This document shows positions 38,193 to 49,197 of a DNA stretch of 64,000 bases, one piece after another. Positions within the stretch are counted from its first letter, which is position 1. Every line of letters begins with the position of its first letter. The stretch covers positions 1 to 64,000 of the forward strand of contig CDROCS010005637.1 of NCBI GenBank assembly GCA_977020255.1. Reading direction: 5' to 3'. Source of the DNA: Obrimoposthia wandeli (lineage: Eukaryota). Below the pieces are notes generated by a model. It was not told where the DNA came from and searched no databases. It worked only from the letters and a program-made list of their open reading frames with translations. Made by a program: the position numbers and the translations under genes.

Positions 38193-40028
38193 ATGAGTGA
38201 TGATTTATTAAGTTATTATAATCGTGAGTTAAGTTACCTAAGACGTATGGGCGCTGACTATGCTAAAAAATACCCAAAAATTGCAGGTCGATTAAAACTT
38301 GATGATGATTCAGTTGAAGATCCCCATGTATCACGGCTGCTCGAAGGTGTGTCGTTATTAACAGCGCAAATCAGACAAAAACTCGATGACAGTTTTCCAG
38401 AGTTAACGGATGCCTTGCTAGGGCAGTTGGCACCCGATTATCAGGTCACTATCCCGTCACTGGGTATTTGCCAACTTAATGTTAATGAGATTGTCAGTAA
38501 CGGTAGCTTGTTTGAACAAGGCAGTCGTGTTGTTACGCATGTGGCAGGGTACAAACCTTGTGAGTTCACAACATGTTATGACACTGATGTAAAACCATTG
38601 AAAATTGAAGATATACGCTTTAAAAATGCGCCGTTCAATGCACCAGCTTCGCCTTGGGTAACCAAACCCCAGTCGGTATTACAGTTTAGCTTAAAGCATT
38701 TTGTGGCGGGTGAGAGTTTATCTATGGTTAATCCGGATAAATTACGGTTTTATTTGGGAGGGCAGATGCAACACGCATTTTTACTCTACACCCATTTATT
38801 CCAACATCTGATTGGCATAAGTATCAGTGCCAAAGATGATTTCGGCCACAGTAAAACCCTGGAAACCAGGCATCTTTCTACTGTCGGTTTTGAGCATAAT
38901 GAATCAGTGTTACCGTATGGTAAAAAATCGTTTGATGGTTATCGTTTATTGGTCGAGCAATTTGTGTTTCCGCAGAAATTTTTGTTTGTTGAACTCGTCG
39001 ATTTATTATCAAAATTAACTCCCGAATTTAATGATGAAGTGCAGTTTCATTTCTATTTTTCGGCGCCTTCGCCAGAACTCGAATCAAATATTAATCAAGA
39101 CAGTCTGAAGTTAAATTGCACCCCGATAATCAATTGTTTCGATCAGCAATTAGAACCCGTTGTTTTGAACCCGAGTGTTTATGAATATCGTATCGTGGCT
39201 AATAATAGTGACGAGTCTTGCTCGGAGGTTATCGCTATTACAGACGTCGCTTTGTATGGCAGCGAGATGGAAAAAACCTCACTGGGACCATTTTACAGTC
39301 AGAGTCATCCCAGTTATCAAGATGTGAGCCAGTTTTGGGTCGCAAGGCGTGAGCATTCAGACTGGTCTGGCGGGGTCGCGCAAAAAGGCACTGAGTTATT
39401 TGTCTCGGTTGTCGACCGCGACTTCAATAGTTTTACCGATGTCGCTGAATATGGTAGTAGCCGACGGTTAAGTTTAAAGGGGCGTTGTTCTAATCGGAAT
39501 TTACCTGTGCAGTTACCTTATGGCGGCGGCAATCCAGTGCTGCATACACCAACCGGCGGCCATATGGTGCAAAGTGCAACCTGTATGACCCCATTTACGT
39601 CGGCTGTGCGCCCTGAATTAGGTAAAGCAACGCGCTGGCAATTATTACGTTTGGTCAGTCTTGAGCATTTTTCAGGTAGCGAGGCCCGCGATAAATTATG
39701 TGATTTATTGCACCTGTTTAACTTTGCTGACAATGCCGCTAGTAATACCCAGATCCAACATATTGATGCATTAACGATTAGTCCTGCGACGGCTAAGTTA
39801 CAAGTACAAGGTCGGATGGGGGTGTGTTATGGCAGTGATATTAATTTAACCCTAAATCCAGCCGGTTTCCCCGATAATGACTTATTTTTCTTTGCGACTG
39901 TATTAGATCGTTTCTTCGCATTGTTTGCAGCGGTCAACAGTTTTACCCGACTTAAGGTCACATGTCACGGTAGCACGCAGCTATATCACCAATGGCCTGC
40001 ACGTATCGGTGAACGTGCTTTGCTGTAA
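38193..40028 (+). CDS. tssF: T6SS baseplate TssF
   Basis: YYNRELSYLR, DPHVSRLLEG, GYRLLVEQF.FP, LNCTPIIN.F and AAVNSFT. Confidence 0.95.
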   Translation: MSDDLLSYYNRELSYLRRMGADYAKKYPKIAGRLKLDDDSVEDPHVSRLLEGVSLLTAQIRQKLDDSFPELTDALLGQLAPDYQVTIPSLGICQLNVNEIVSNGSLFEQGSRVVTHVAGYKPCEFTTCYDTDVKPLKIEDIRFKNAPFNAPASPWVTKPQSVLQFSLKHFVAGESLSMVNPDKLRFYLGGQMQHAFLLYTHLFQHLIGISISAKDDFGHSKTLETRHLSTVGFEHNESVLPYGKKSFDGYRLLVEQFVFPQKFLFVELVDLLSKLTPEFNDEVQFHFYFSAPSPELESNINQDSLKLNCTPIINCFDQQLEPVVLNPSVYEYRIVANNSDESCSEVIAITDVALYGSEMEKTSLGPFYSQSHPSYQDVSQFWVARREHSDWSGGVAQKGTELFVSVVDRDFNSFTDVAEYGSSRRLSLKGRCSNRNLPVQLPYGGGNPVLHTPTGGHMVQSATCMTPFTSAVRPELGKATRWQLLRLVSLEHFSGSEARDKLCDLLHLFNFADNAASNTQIQHIDALTISPATAKLQVQGRMGVCYGSDINLTLNPAGFPDNDLFFFATVLDRFFALFAAVNSFTRLKVTCHGSTQLYHQWPARIGERALL

Positions 40029-40102
40029 ATAAAGTGAAGTTGTAAACATAACAAATTTGAAAAACTGAGAACCTGAGTACGTTGTATGTATAGGGAATAT
40101 GT

Positions 40103-41080
40103 ATGTTAGAAGAAGATTTAATTCAATACCCACATGATTATGACTTTTACCAAGCCGTCTATGCTGTGCAAAACCAAGCAAAACGGGCGGGTCTGGAGAA
40201 TGGTGCCGTTGGTCGTGATAATTTCCCTAGCCTTGAAGCCGTACGTTTTTCGGTTGCGCAGCAAGTCGGTTACGCAGGCGCACCTATTCACAAGGTGAGT
40301 GAAGTAGCAGACAGTCATCAGCTCGATTTAGCGGTGACATTCTTAGGCTTAACAGGGACGAATGGTGCTTTACCCTTTCATTATACCGAAGCTATTCTGC
40401 AGCGTATGCGCCATAAAGATCATGCGTTGCGTGATTTTTTCGATATGTTTAATAACCGACTCATTGCCTTGTATTATCGTAGCTGGGAAAAATATCGTTT
40501 TGCCATTGGTTATGAACAGAATGGCTGTAATCCAACGGATCCTATTAGTGTCGCGCTAAGTAATTTAACCGGGGCGGAAGATGACTTAGAGTTGTATTTT
40601 GCCAGTTATTTCAAACATGCGATTCGTAACGAATCAAATTTACGCAATATGTTGCAGGAGATCGTCTCTGGCGACGTTGTCATTAAGACACTGCAAGGTC
40701 AGTGGATCAATATGGCGGATGACGAAGTCACCCGGTTATGTTCTAGACAGCAACCTGAAGGGGCGTTCGCTTGTTTGGGGGTTAATAGTATGGTTGGCGG
40801 CCAGATGTGGGACCTGAGCAGCAAGATTGATATTGTGTTAAAACCAAGTGATGCGTCGGACTTTGACCAGTTAAAACCTAATTCTGTAAAACGTAAGATA
40901 ATTGAAAATTTAGTCGCAAGCTATCTTGGCCCCGCGGTTAAAAGTAGCTTAAAAGTCGAAGCTGACTATGACGCGATTATCAAACCCCGTTTGGGCGCTG
41001 TTGAAATGCAACTGGGTTCTGGCGCTATGTTACTGCATGATGAATCACAGGGTGGCCCACCTCGTCGAGTTTGTTTGTGA
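40103..41080 (+). CDS. tssG: T6SS baseplate TssG
   Basis: DFYQAV, FLGLTG.NGALP.HYTE and DFFDMFNNRL..LYYRSWEKY. Confidence 0.95.
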   Translation: MLEEDLIQYPHDYDFYQAVYAVQNQAKRAGLENGAVGRDNFPSLEAVRFSVAQQVGYAGAPIHKVSEVADSHQLDLAVTFLGLTGTNGALPFHYTEAILQRMRHKDHALRDFFDMFNNRLIALYYRSWEKYRFAIGYEQNGCNPTDPISVALSNLTGAEDDLELYFASYFKHAIRNESNLRNMLQEIVSGDVVIKTLQGQWINMADDEVTRLCSRQQPEGAFACLGVNSMVGGQMWDLSSKIDIVLKPSDASDFDQLKPNSVKRKIIENLVASYLGPAVKSSLKVEADYDAIIKPRLGAVEMQLGSGAMLLHDESQGGPPRRVCL

Positions 41081-41328
41081 TTGTTAATATCATCCTTTTT
41101 CATATTTAAGTAATTGATATTTTTGATAAGCTGATTTTATACACGAATAAGTCTAGCGTGTATCGTGGTTAATGTTTAGTTGCGATACACGACCATGAAT
41201 TTCGTTAATCATAGTCATTAATATCAGCGTTGAATCTTCTACCCATATCTAGTTAAAATCATGCTTTTTTCATGCCTCTAACCTATTGTTGATTAAGTCT
41301 AAAGTTCATACTATTGATGTGTTAATGG

Positions 41329-43947
41329 ATGAATTTAAAAGGATTTTACATGTCAACGATGTCGTTAAAACACCTAGTGGATAAACTGAACCAAAACGGA
41401 AAGAAAGCACTAGAAGGTGCTGCGGGACTTTGTCATTCACGTAGTCAATTTACGGTTGAGATAGAGCACTGGTTATTACAGCTGGTAGAACACAAGCAAG
41501 ATGATATAGCGATAATCTGTCAGCTGCAGGGCATCGATGTACAAGTACTTATCAACGAACTTAATTTATCATTAGAACGACAAAAAACCGGTAATAGTGC
41601 AGCGCCAAGCCTTTCACCGCATATCATTACTTTATTAAGACAAAGCTGGTTAAACACCACTATTGAGTTTAACGAACCGCAGATCCGTTCCGGTATAATC
41701 CTTTATACACTCCTGAGTGATGACAGTATCAATGCGATGTTGTCTCGTCATATTCGTCAGTTTGAACGCTTGTCAGCCACTTTAATTCGAGATAATTGGT
41801 CTATTATCACCGAAAAATCGGCAGAGCAAAACGGTGTTGTTGCAGTGTCAAATGCCGGTGTTGCAACTAACAGTAAAACGCCTTCGTTAGACCAATTTAC
41901 TGTCGATTTAACTCAGAAAGCGCGTAGTGGCAAAATGGATCCAATTTTAGGCCGTGATCCCGAAATAAGACAAATGGTCGACATTCTCACGCGTCGTCGT
42001 CAAAACAACCCTATCTTAACGGGTGACGCTGGTGTAGGTAAAACCGCCGTAGTCGAAGGTCTTGCCCAAAGAATCGTTGCCAAAGACGTACCCGAAAGTC
42101 TAAAGCACGTACAATTGCGAGAGCTTGATTTAGCGCTGCTACAAGCAGGTGCTGGCATGAAAGGTGAGTTTGAAAACCGCCTGAAATCAGTATTAAATGA
42201 AGTAAAACAATCAGCACACCCAATCATCTTATTTATCGACGAAGCACATACTATGATTGGTGCTGGTGGCGCGGCAGGACAAAATGATGCGGCGAATATC
42301 CTTAAACCGGCGCTCGCACGCGGCGAGTTACGTACAATCGCAGCCACCACATGGGCTGAATATAAAAAGTATTTTGAAAAAGACCCTGCATTAACACGTC
42401 GTTTCCAAGTCGTTAAAATTGAAGAACCTTCTGTACCCACTGCGGTGATTATGTTGCGTGGGATTTTACCTGTGATGGAACAACACCACGATGTTGTCAT
42501 TACCGCTGATGCCTTACAAGCTGCAGTTGCCTTGTCTAAACGTTATATAAACGGACGTCAACTACCAGACAAAGCTGTGGCCTTATTGGATACAGCTTGT
42601 GCGCGCGTTGCCATCAGTCAAGCGGCAACGCCGGGTTTAGTTGAAGATTTACAACGTAAGCAAGTACAGCTTGAAACTGAAATTAAACTGCTTGAACGCG
42701 AAGAACTCTCTGGTGAAAACCACGGCGATGTTATTACAGCATTACAAAGCGACCTTGTTGGCATTCAAGATAACTTGGTTGTTGAGCTGCAAGCGTGGAA
42801 AGTACAATCGGAATTAGTACAAGCTATTCAACAGCAAATTGCCGACATTCATGAGAGTGGTGCAGATGAAGAGAAATACACTCGACTTATTGCGTTAAAA
42901 GCAGAGTTACACGAAGCTAAAAATGCCATGGTGTACTGGCAAGTTGATGAGCAAGTTATTTGTGAAGTCATTTCTGACTGGACGGGTATTCCCCTCGGTA
43001 AAATGGCGGAAGACGAACTCGAAACGGTACTTAATTTAAGTACTGAGATGAAGACTCGCGTTATCGGTCAAGACCATGCGATTGATTTGATTGCTAGAAC
43101 GGTACAGATTTCGCGTGCTCAATTAAGTGACGAAAGCAAACCCAATGGTATTTTCATGTTAACGGGCCCAAGTGGTGTCGGTAAAACTGAAACGGCGTTA
43201 ACACTTGCCGAGCAGGTTTATGGCAGTGAAGAAAATATTATTACCATTAACATGTCTGAATACAAAGAAGAGCATAAGGTGTCGTTGTTGCTTGGCTCGC
43301 CTCCTGGTTATGTCGGGTTTGGTGAAGGCGGCGTATTAACAGAAGCGGTTCGTCGAAACCCTTACAGCGTGGTGTTGCTTGATGAAATTGATAAAGCGGC
43401 ACCTGGCGTGCAAGATATTTTTTATCAAATCTTTGACAAAGGCTGTGTTAAAGACGGTGAAGGGCGCGATATTGATTTCAAGAATACTATTATCATCATG
43501 ACATCGAATGTCGGTACCGACACGATCACGGGGTTATTTGCTGATCCCGATACAGCACCCGAGTTAGACAGTTTGGCTGATTGTATTAAAGCTGACCTTA
43601 TGGCTGCCTTTAAACCGGCATTTTTGGGCCGAGCAAGCATCATTCCGTTTGTGCCGTTAACAGATGACATGTTAAGTACCATCGCCCAATTGCAAATAAA
43701 CCGTTTGGCTGCGCGTATTCATCGTAATCACAACGCGGTATTTAACGTTGATAATGAAGTGATTACTCAGATTGTCAGTCGTTGTCATGACGTTGCCTCT
43801 GGTGCACGTACAATCCACAATTATTTACAAAACACACTTTTACCTGAAATATCGGTGCAAGTGTTAGAAGCTATGACGCAACACGCTGAATTTAGTCAAA
43901 TAAACGTTACTACGAATGAAGGCAAGTTCATTATTACGCTTATTTAG
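41329..43947 (+). CDS. tssH: T6SS AAA+ ATPase ClpV (likely ATG 41350)
   Basis: [39 protein letters not shown] and MTSN. Confidence 0.96.
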   Translation: MNLKGFYMSTMSLKHLVDKLNQNGKKALEGAAGLCHSRSQFTVEIEHWLLQLVEHKQDDIAIICQLQGIDVQVLINELNLSLERQKTGNSAAPSLSPHIITLLRQSWLNTTIEFNEPQIRSGIILYTLLSDDSINAMLSRHIRQFERLSATLIRDNWSIITEKSAEQNGVVAVSNAGVATNSKTPSLDQFTVDLTQKARSGKMDPILGRDPEIRQMVDILTRRRQNNPILTGDAGVGKTAVVEGLAQRIVAKDVPESLKHVQLRELDLALLQAGAGMKGEFENRLKSVLNEVKQSAHPIILFIDEAHTMIGAGGAAGQNDAANILKPALARGELRTIAATTWAEYKKYFEKDPALTRRFQVVKIEEPSVPTAVIMLRGILPVMEQHHDVVITADALQAAVALSKRYINGRQLPDKAVALLDTACARVAISQAATPGLVEDLQRKQVQLETEIKLLEREELSGENHGDVITALQSDLVGIQDNLVVELQAWKVQSELVQAIQQQIADIHESGADEEKYTRLIALKAELHEAKNAMVYWQVDEQVICEVISDWTGIPLGKMAEDELETVLNLSTEMKTRVIGQDHAIDLIARTVQISRAQLSDESKPNGIFMLTGPSGVGKTETALTLAEQVYGSEENIITINMSEYKEEHKVSLLLGSPPGYVGFGEGGVLTEAVRRNPYSVVLLDEIDKAAPGVQDIFYQIFDKGCVKDGEGRDIDFKNTIIIMTSNVGTDTITGLFADPDTAPELDSLADCIKADLMAAFKPAFLGRASIIPFVPLTDDMLSTIAQLQINRLAARIHRNHNAVFNVDNEVITQIVSRCHDVASGARTIHNYLQNTLLPEISVQVLEAMTQHAEFSQINVTTNEGKFIITLI

Positions 43948-44179
43948 AACGAAAAGTATGAGAAAAAAATCATTCTAAATTGGCTGTTAATACATACTTC
44001 AAAAACTTGTATTAAAGCCGGGAAATTAAGATAATTTAGTTAGCTGGTACAGCAGATTATGTTTATTTATTAGTATGTTGAATAAACGTTTAGAATAATA
44101 ATATTATGTTTTAGTGATGGTTTTAATAATGAAATCATCATGATGGAAGCTTACTTAAGCAATTAAAAAGGACGATAAA

Positions 44180-44659
44180 ATGCAAGCAAATACGTATTTA
44201 GATTATGAAGGTATTGTTGGTGAATCTACGGCTAAAGAATTCCCAGATTTAATCACTGTATTATCATTAGACTTTGGTACAAGCCGTGTATTAAGTTCTT
44301 ATACTGGTACTGCGCAAGACCGTGAAGCAAGTTCTGCAAAGCTTAACGACGTAACAATTACTAAGTTACAAGATAAGTCTTCTCCTGATCTTTTTAAAGA
44401 ATCTACGATCGGTAAAGGTAAAAAAGCAATTTTCCACATCACTAAACAAGGCGAAGGCATTGAAGAGATCATGAAAATTGAACTTACAAATGCAATGATC
44501 AGCGGCTTCCAAGTTTCTGTTCAAGGTGACCGTCCTGTAGAAACTATCACAATTAGCTATACAGAAATGATGATGACAGTCACGCCTACAGATGACCTAA
44601 ACAATGTACAAGCTCCACTTGTATATGGTTACAGCGGTGTAACTGGCCAACAAATGTAA
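44180..44659 (+). CDS. hcp: Hcp tube protein (TssD)
   Basis: YLDYEGIVGEST, ITKLQDKSSPDL and ETITISY; 159 aa. Confidence 0.95.
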   Translation: MQANTYLDYEGIVGESTAKEFPDLITVLSLDFGTSRVLSSYTGTAQDREASSAKLNDVTITKLQDKSSPDLFKESTIGKGKKAIFHITKQGEGIEEIMKIELTNAMISGFQVSVQGDRPVETITISYTEMMMTVTPTDDLNNVQAPLVYGYSGVTGQQM

Positions 44660-44673
44660 GTTTGCTGGTTTCA

Positions 44674-44712
44674 CAGTCGGGTGACTTAGTCAGTCGCCCG
44701 ACTGTTTTTTTT
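44674..44712 (+). terminator. Strong intrinsic terminator between hcp and vgrG
   Basis: 13-bp stem CAGTCGGGTGACT/AGTCGCCCGACTG with a 5-nt loop and a T-run tail. Confidence 0.85.
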
Positions 44713-44730
44713 GTTCAGTTAGGAAATAAA

Positions 44731-46632
44731 ATGGCAGCGGCTACTCAACAACATTCAATGATGAAAATCACCACACCATTGGGTGGTGACGCCTTACATA
44801 TTACATCTGTGTCTATGCAAGAGAGTATGTCATGTTTATATGGTATCGATGCCTCGGTTTATTCTGTTGGTAATGAAATAGATCTACAAGCATTATTAGG
44901 CCAATCAGTTACTATCGAAGTGGCAGCAAAAGCAGATGGTAGTGTGCAAACGCGCTATTTAAATGGGATTGCGACGGCTGTTTCTGGTGGTGAAACGTCC
45001 CAGCAAAAGTCGGATGATAAATCGAATGTTTACAATTACGAAATAACAATTAGCCCACAATTTTGGCTCGCTACAATGCGGAGTAATTGCCGGATTTTTC
45101 AAGACGTAAGTATGCTTGATATTGCCACTACTTTGTTTGGTGAGCACAATGTAACGTTTGATGATAAGTCAGGAAAAAGCTTCGTTCCGTATGAATATTG
45201 TGTTCAGTACCATGAGACTGATTATGATTTTTTACAGCGCTTATTCTCTCAAGAAGGGATCTTCTTTTATTTTATCCATGAAAACGGCAGTAATACCTTA
45301 GTGCTGGCCGATGTGGGTTCGGATCATATTGATTGTGCTGAAAGCCCGTTACTGCAAACGGATGATATGGTCTCTGTTCCCCACGTATCTGGGTGGCATA
45401 ATGTGGTTGCCGTTAAACACGGAAAAGTGAGTTTAAGAGCCATTAATTTTGAACAGCCATTACTTAATGTTGACGGTATATCTGGCAGTGCAGATTTTCC
45501 TGGGCATGATAAATTAGAATTATTTGAATATGAATCCGGTAATATTAAAGCGAGTGAAACCACGCTAACCGCGAAATCTTATCTTGATCAACTCCAGGCT
45601 GAAAAACACAAATACGTTGCCATTAGTGATTATCTGACCATTGCTTGCGGCAATAATATCAAGTTTTCTAAACATAATACCGACGCACTTGTTAATAAGA
45701 TTATGCTCGTAACTGAAAATGAGTTAACACTCAGACAAGGTTCGCAACATGATAGATCCTCTAGTGCTGGTATAGATATACACAATGAATTTCACTGCGT
45801 CCCCGCAACAGCGAGTTATCGCCCGAACACGAAAGTACACAAACCACTTATTCGAGGCGTGCAAACTGCAATTGTAACGGGTGGGGCATCCGACGAGATA
45901 TATGTCGATTCATATGGTCGGATCAAAGTTAAATTCTATTGGGATAGACTCGGCACTTCTGACGAGAACAGTTCTTGTTGGATCCGTGTTTCACAAAATT
46001 GGGCTGGTAAAAACTGGGGCGCATTCTTTTATCCCCGTGTTGGCCAAGAAGTATTAGTTTCATTTTTAGACGGTGATGCGTCACAACCTATCGTGATTGG
46101 TGCGATTTACAATGGCGATCAAATGCCCGCTAATCCATTGCCTGCTAACAAAACCCAAAGTGGTATACGTACACATTCGACGACAACAGACGGCAATGCT
46201 AACTGTAATGAACTGATATTCGAAGACAAAGTCGGTAGTGAGTTGTTAGGATTACGCGCCGAAAAAGACCACCATTTAGTGGTGGTTAATGATCAGACCG
46301 ATACCGTTGGTAATGATAGAACGACCACGGTAACGAATAATGACATATTGACCGTGAGCAATGATCAAACGGAAACCATCAGTAATGACCGAAATACCAA
46401 TGTTGGTAATGACGATACATTAGATGTCGGTAATATTTTTAATCTAAAGGCGGCTTCTGAAATTAATCTCACGGTTGGTTCCGCCAAACTATCGATGAAA
46501 AGTGACGGTACAATAAAGCTTTCGGGTGTCAACATTGAAATATCAGGGACAAATGTAAAAGTTAAAGGCACCGCGACGAATGTTGAAGGTTCTATGGTCG
46601 TGGTAAAAGGTTCTATCGTTAAAATTAACTAA
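44731..46632 (+). CDS. vgrG: VgrG spike protein (TssI), no evolved C-terminal domain
   Basis: ATG 44731 after AGGA; YCVQYHETDYDF, GRIKVKFYWD, SCWIRVSQ, PRVGQEVLVSF, NELIFED and gp5-type beta-helix repeats. Confidence 0.96.
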   Translation: MAAATQQHSMMKITTPLGGDALHITSVSMQESMSCLYGIDASVYSVGNEIDLQALLGQSVTIEVAAKADGSVQTRYLNGIATAVSGGETSQQKSDDKSNVYNYEITISPQFWLATMRSNCRIFQDVSMLDIATTLFGEHNVTFDDKSGKSFVPYEYCVQYHETDYDFLQRLFSQEGIFFYFIHENGSNTLVLADVGSDHIDCAESPLLQTDDMVSVPHVSGWHNVVAVKHGKVSLRAINFEQPLLNVDGISGSADFPGHDKLELFEYESGNIKASETTLTAKSYLDQLQAEKHKYVAISDYLTIACGNNIKFSKHNTDALVNKIMLVTENELTLRQGSQHDRSSSAGIDIHNEFHCVPATASYRPNTKVHKPLIRGVQTAIVTGGASDEIYVDSYGRIKVKFYWDRLGTSDENSSCWIRVSQNWAGKNWGAFFYPRVGQEVLVSFLDGDASQPIVIGAIYNGDQMPANPLPANKTQSGIRTHSTTTDGNANCNELIFEDKVGSELLGLRAEKDHHLVVVNDQTDTVGNDRTTTVTNNDILTVSNDQTETISNDRNTNVGNDDTLDVGNIFNLKAASEINLTVGSAKLSMKSDGTIKLSGVNIEISGTNVKVKGTATNVEGSMVVVKGSIVKIN

Positions 46633-46695
46633 ATTACTTATTAACCAACATACCTGTTAACCACCTCGCCGTTAATCAATAGAAGGATATCCACT

Positions 46696-46983
46696 ATGGG
46701 AAACCCCGCCGCAACAATGACCAGTTTTCATGTTTGCCCAGCAAGTAGCGGCCCTGTTCCGCATGTTGGCGGTCCCGTGATAGTCGGTTCGCCAACTGTG
46801 CTTATTGGTGGTAAACCAGCGGCACGATTGGGTGACAAAATGATATGTTGTGGACCACCAGATACGATTGTCTCGGGCTCCGGAACGGTACTGATAAACG
46901 GTAAACCAGCAGCTCGAATGGGTGATTCTGGTGCGCACGGTGGTAAAATTGTTGTCGGTATTCCTACCGTACTTATTGGTTAA
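46696..46983 (+). CDS. PAAR domain spike tip protein
   Basis: NPAAT, KPAARLGD and KPAARMGD motifs with His/Cys Zn ligands. Confidence 0.95.
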   Translation: MGNPAATMTSFHVCPASSGPVPHVGGPVIVGSPTVLIGGKPAARLGDKMICCGPPDTIVSGSGTVLINGKPAARMGDSGAHGGKIVVGIPTVLIG

Positions 46984-46987
46984 CGTA

Positions 46988-48112
46988 ATGGATATAACCT
47001 CACAAACACTCATTGCAGACATTGAAGTCTATTTCGAACAACGTCAACGTTGCTTTGACAATTGTTGGTCGACACAATTACAACTTAGGCAATTGGATCA
47101 GCAGGCTGCAAATTTGTTTTATTTGTTGACCCAACAGCGTCAAACATTAAATACACAGCGACATGATCTCCCTTTGTGGTTAAATTTATTGTTGGCAGGC
47201 ACTGTGGCAGATACTATTCAGTTATTAGCCAGTCAAAGTAAAATCACTCAATCAGAACTTATTTGTATCCAGTGGTGGGCGCAACAAAACAGTGGTGCAG
47301 CCTTAATCTCGGCGCTTATCTCCCTTGAAACAACAAATTCAGATCTTACAAAGCAGCTGTTATGCGTGATTGGCAGTACGACGACGACAATTAACGATCA
47401 GTTCAACTTTCTTCATGTTAGTGATATCAAACCGTGTATCAATTTTATTAATCAGCATTTAGGTAGAGCATCTCAAATCTGGTTTAGCCATTTTATGAAC
47501 GATGAAAACACTGATGATGATAATAAAAAGTTGCTCGCATTAACCTTATGCAGGGGTAATAGTGTCGCTAAACTGCCTGTACTAAGTAGCATTTTGTTGG
47601 CAGACAAATGTTTACTTAAACAGTACGCGGTCCAGGGCGATAGCAAATTAGTTACTACGCTGATAAATGAGTTATCTAAACATAATGATAATGCCAAGTT
47701 TGTATTATCCATGATGGCGTTTAGTGGTTATAAGCAGTTTGTTCCTTGGTTGATCCAAATGCTAACGGCAGGTTTTTTAAGTCATGCAGCCTTTGCTGCT
47801 TTGCATACCTTATTGGGGGCTGAATTTGAAAAACAGTTACCAGAAGGATTATATGGTGAGTACGAACCTGAGTCTCAGGTTGAATTACTTGCGGAGTTAA
47901 AACAATCTTTAAGTGATTGGTGGTCTGTACATCGTGATGATTATCCGGAACGAATATTGGCGGGCAACGCGATTAATGAACAAAATATTTCATCGATCTG
48001 GCAACAAGGCAATATTTTGCAATGTGAAGTGGCTGCTTATCATTATTGGTGTATGAAGGTGGATCATCGTCTCACAGATGCTCGCGGCTTTAATTCTGGA
48101 GCTATGTTATGA
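46988..48112 (+). CDS. T6SS-associated HEAT-repeat-like protein, TIGR02270-like
   Basis: ATG 46988 chosen because the ORF-track GTG overlaps PAAR. Mostly helical. C-terminal WWSVH..ILAG.AI..WQQG..AAY pattern recalls TIGR02270. Confidence 0.55.
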   Translation: MDITSQTLIADIEVYFEQRQRCFDNCWSTQLQLRQLDQQAANLFYLLTQQRQTLNTQRHDLPLWLNLLLAGTVADTIQLLASQSKITQSELICIQWWAQQNSGAALISALISLETTNSDLTKQLLCVIGSTTTTINDQFNFLHVSDIKPCINFINQHLGRASQIWFSHFMNDENTDDDNKKLLALTLCRGNSVAKLPVLSSILLADKCLLKQYAVQGDSKLVTTLINELSKHNDNAKFVLSMMAFSGYKQFVPWLIQMLTAGFLSHAAFAALHTLLGAEFEKQLPEGLYGEYEPESQVELLAELKQSLSDWWSVHRDDYPERILAGNAINEQNISSIWQQGNILQCEVAAYHYWCMKVDHRLTDARGFNSGAML

Positions 48113-49101
48113 AAAGTGTAATGAACAGTGTGATGAAATTTACCATAACAGCTTACGCTGGAGAATTTGGTTGCGCACCGCAGTCATTCGATACCGTGTT
48201 GGCCGGTCAGGCACCCCGTATCGATTTAACCGAACTTGAACAATACGCACAATTTAAACCAGCCAAACAAGTGGCGTTTACGCAACCAGTATTAGCAGAT
48301 AACCGCATTGACCGTTGGAAAACATTGATTAATACGGCGCTGGAAAACACTAACTTAATTGAATCAAGTCAGCATGCGGCATTATTAATGGTACTGCCTT
48401 TTGTTGACGCTAAGTTTTGCGAAATGCAGACGCAACTCATTGACTCTGTGGTTGAGATTTTGCCCGCGTGGACAGCACATCCCAATAGTCAATATTACTT
48501 GCTGGGAAGCGCTGGTTTTTATCAAGCACTGCGCCAGGCTGATGTATTACTCAGTAGTGACCTGGAACAAGTGGTCATCGGTGCTGTAGACAGCTGGGCA
48601 ACGGAGCAGGGTTTATTGAAGTTTGTCAGCCAGTACAGAGATTATTCCTCTGTTGTATTACCGGCTTCAGAAGGGGCTATTTTTGTCGTGCTATCACGGC
48701 AAGCACTATCTCCACAAACACAAGGTATCGAAGTATTGTCTTGTGGCATGGATGCTGTGATTGACAGGCATGCACCGAATGGCTTAATTACACTGATTGC
48801 CGATAGTGTCGCAAAGCAAGCAGCACCTATGCAGTATTTGTCTCTGTGTCACTCTGGCGATGAGCGTTTAGATCAGGTTGGCCATAATACCCTATCAGCA
48901 GTGTCAGGACTTTTCGACGCCAATACCCAATTTATCACCCCACAAGTAACCCAAGGTGATATTGGTGCTTGTTATAGCTTGTTACATTTTCTAGTGAATT
49001 ATCATCAATATAAACAGAATATCTGGCAGGGTACTAGCCTGCAGATTGATACCTCGTCATTACCTTATGTAGGTACCGCGACGTATCGATGGTTTGATTA
49101 A
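48109..49101 (+). CDS. T6SS-associated thiolase/3-oxoacyl-synthase-like protein (PRK06147-like)
   Basis: GSAGF..AL, IGAVDS, SEGAIFVVL and GDIGA motifs. ATGA overlap with the upstream gene. Confidence 0.6.
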   Translation: MKSVMNSVMKFTITAYAGEFGCAPQSFDTVLAGQAPRIDLTELEQYAQFKPAKQVAFTQPVLADNRIDRWKTLINTALENTNLIESSQHAALLMVLPFVDAKFCEMQTQLIDSVVEILPAWTAHPNSQYYLLGSAGFYQALRQADVLLSSDLEQVVIGAVDSWATEQGLLKFVSQYRDYSSVVLPASEGAIFVVLSRQALSPQTQGIEVLSCGMDAVIDRHAPNGLITLIADSVAKQAAPMQYLSLCHSGDERLDQVGHNTLSAVSGLFDANTQFITPQVTQGDIGACYSLLHFLVNYHQYKQNIWQGTSLQIDTSSLPYVGTATYRWFD

Positions 49102-49197
49102 CAGCAATAACCTTATATTCAAAAGATCAAATGGATTTATCTTTATGACCCGAATCTCTAAACAAAGCGCCCCTAAAGTTAGAAAGGGGCTGTAAGT

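Noticed and set aside
43948-44179. Sigma54 or Fur site upstream of hcp
   Set aside because: No correctly spaced GG/GC pair; Fur-like words need a gap or match about 11/19.
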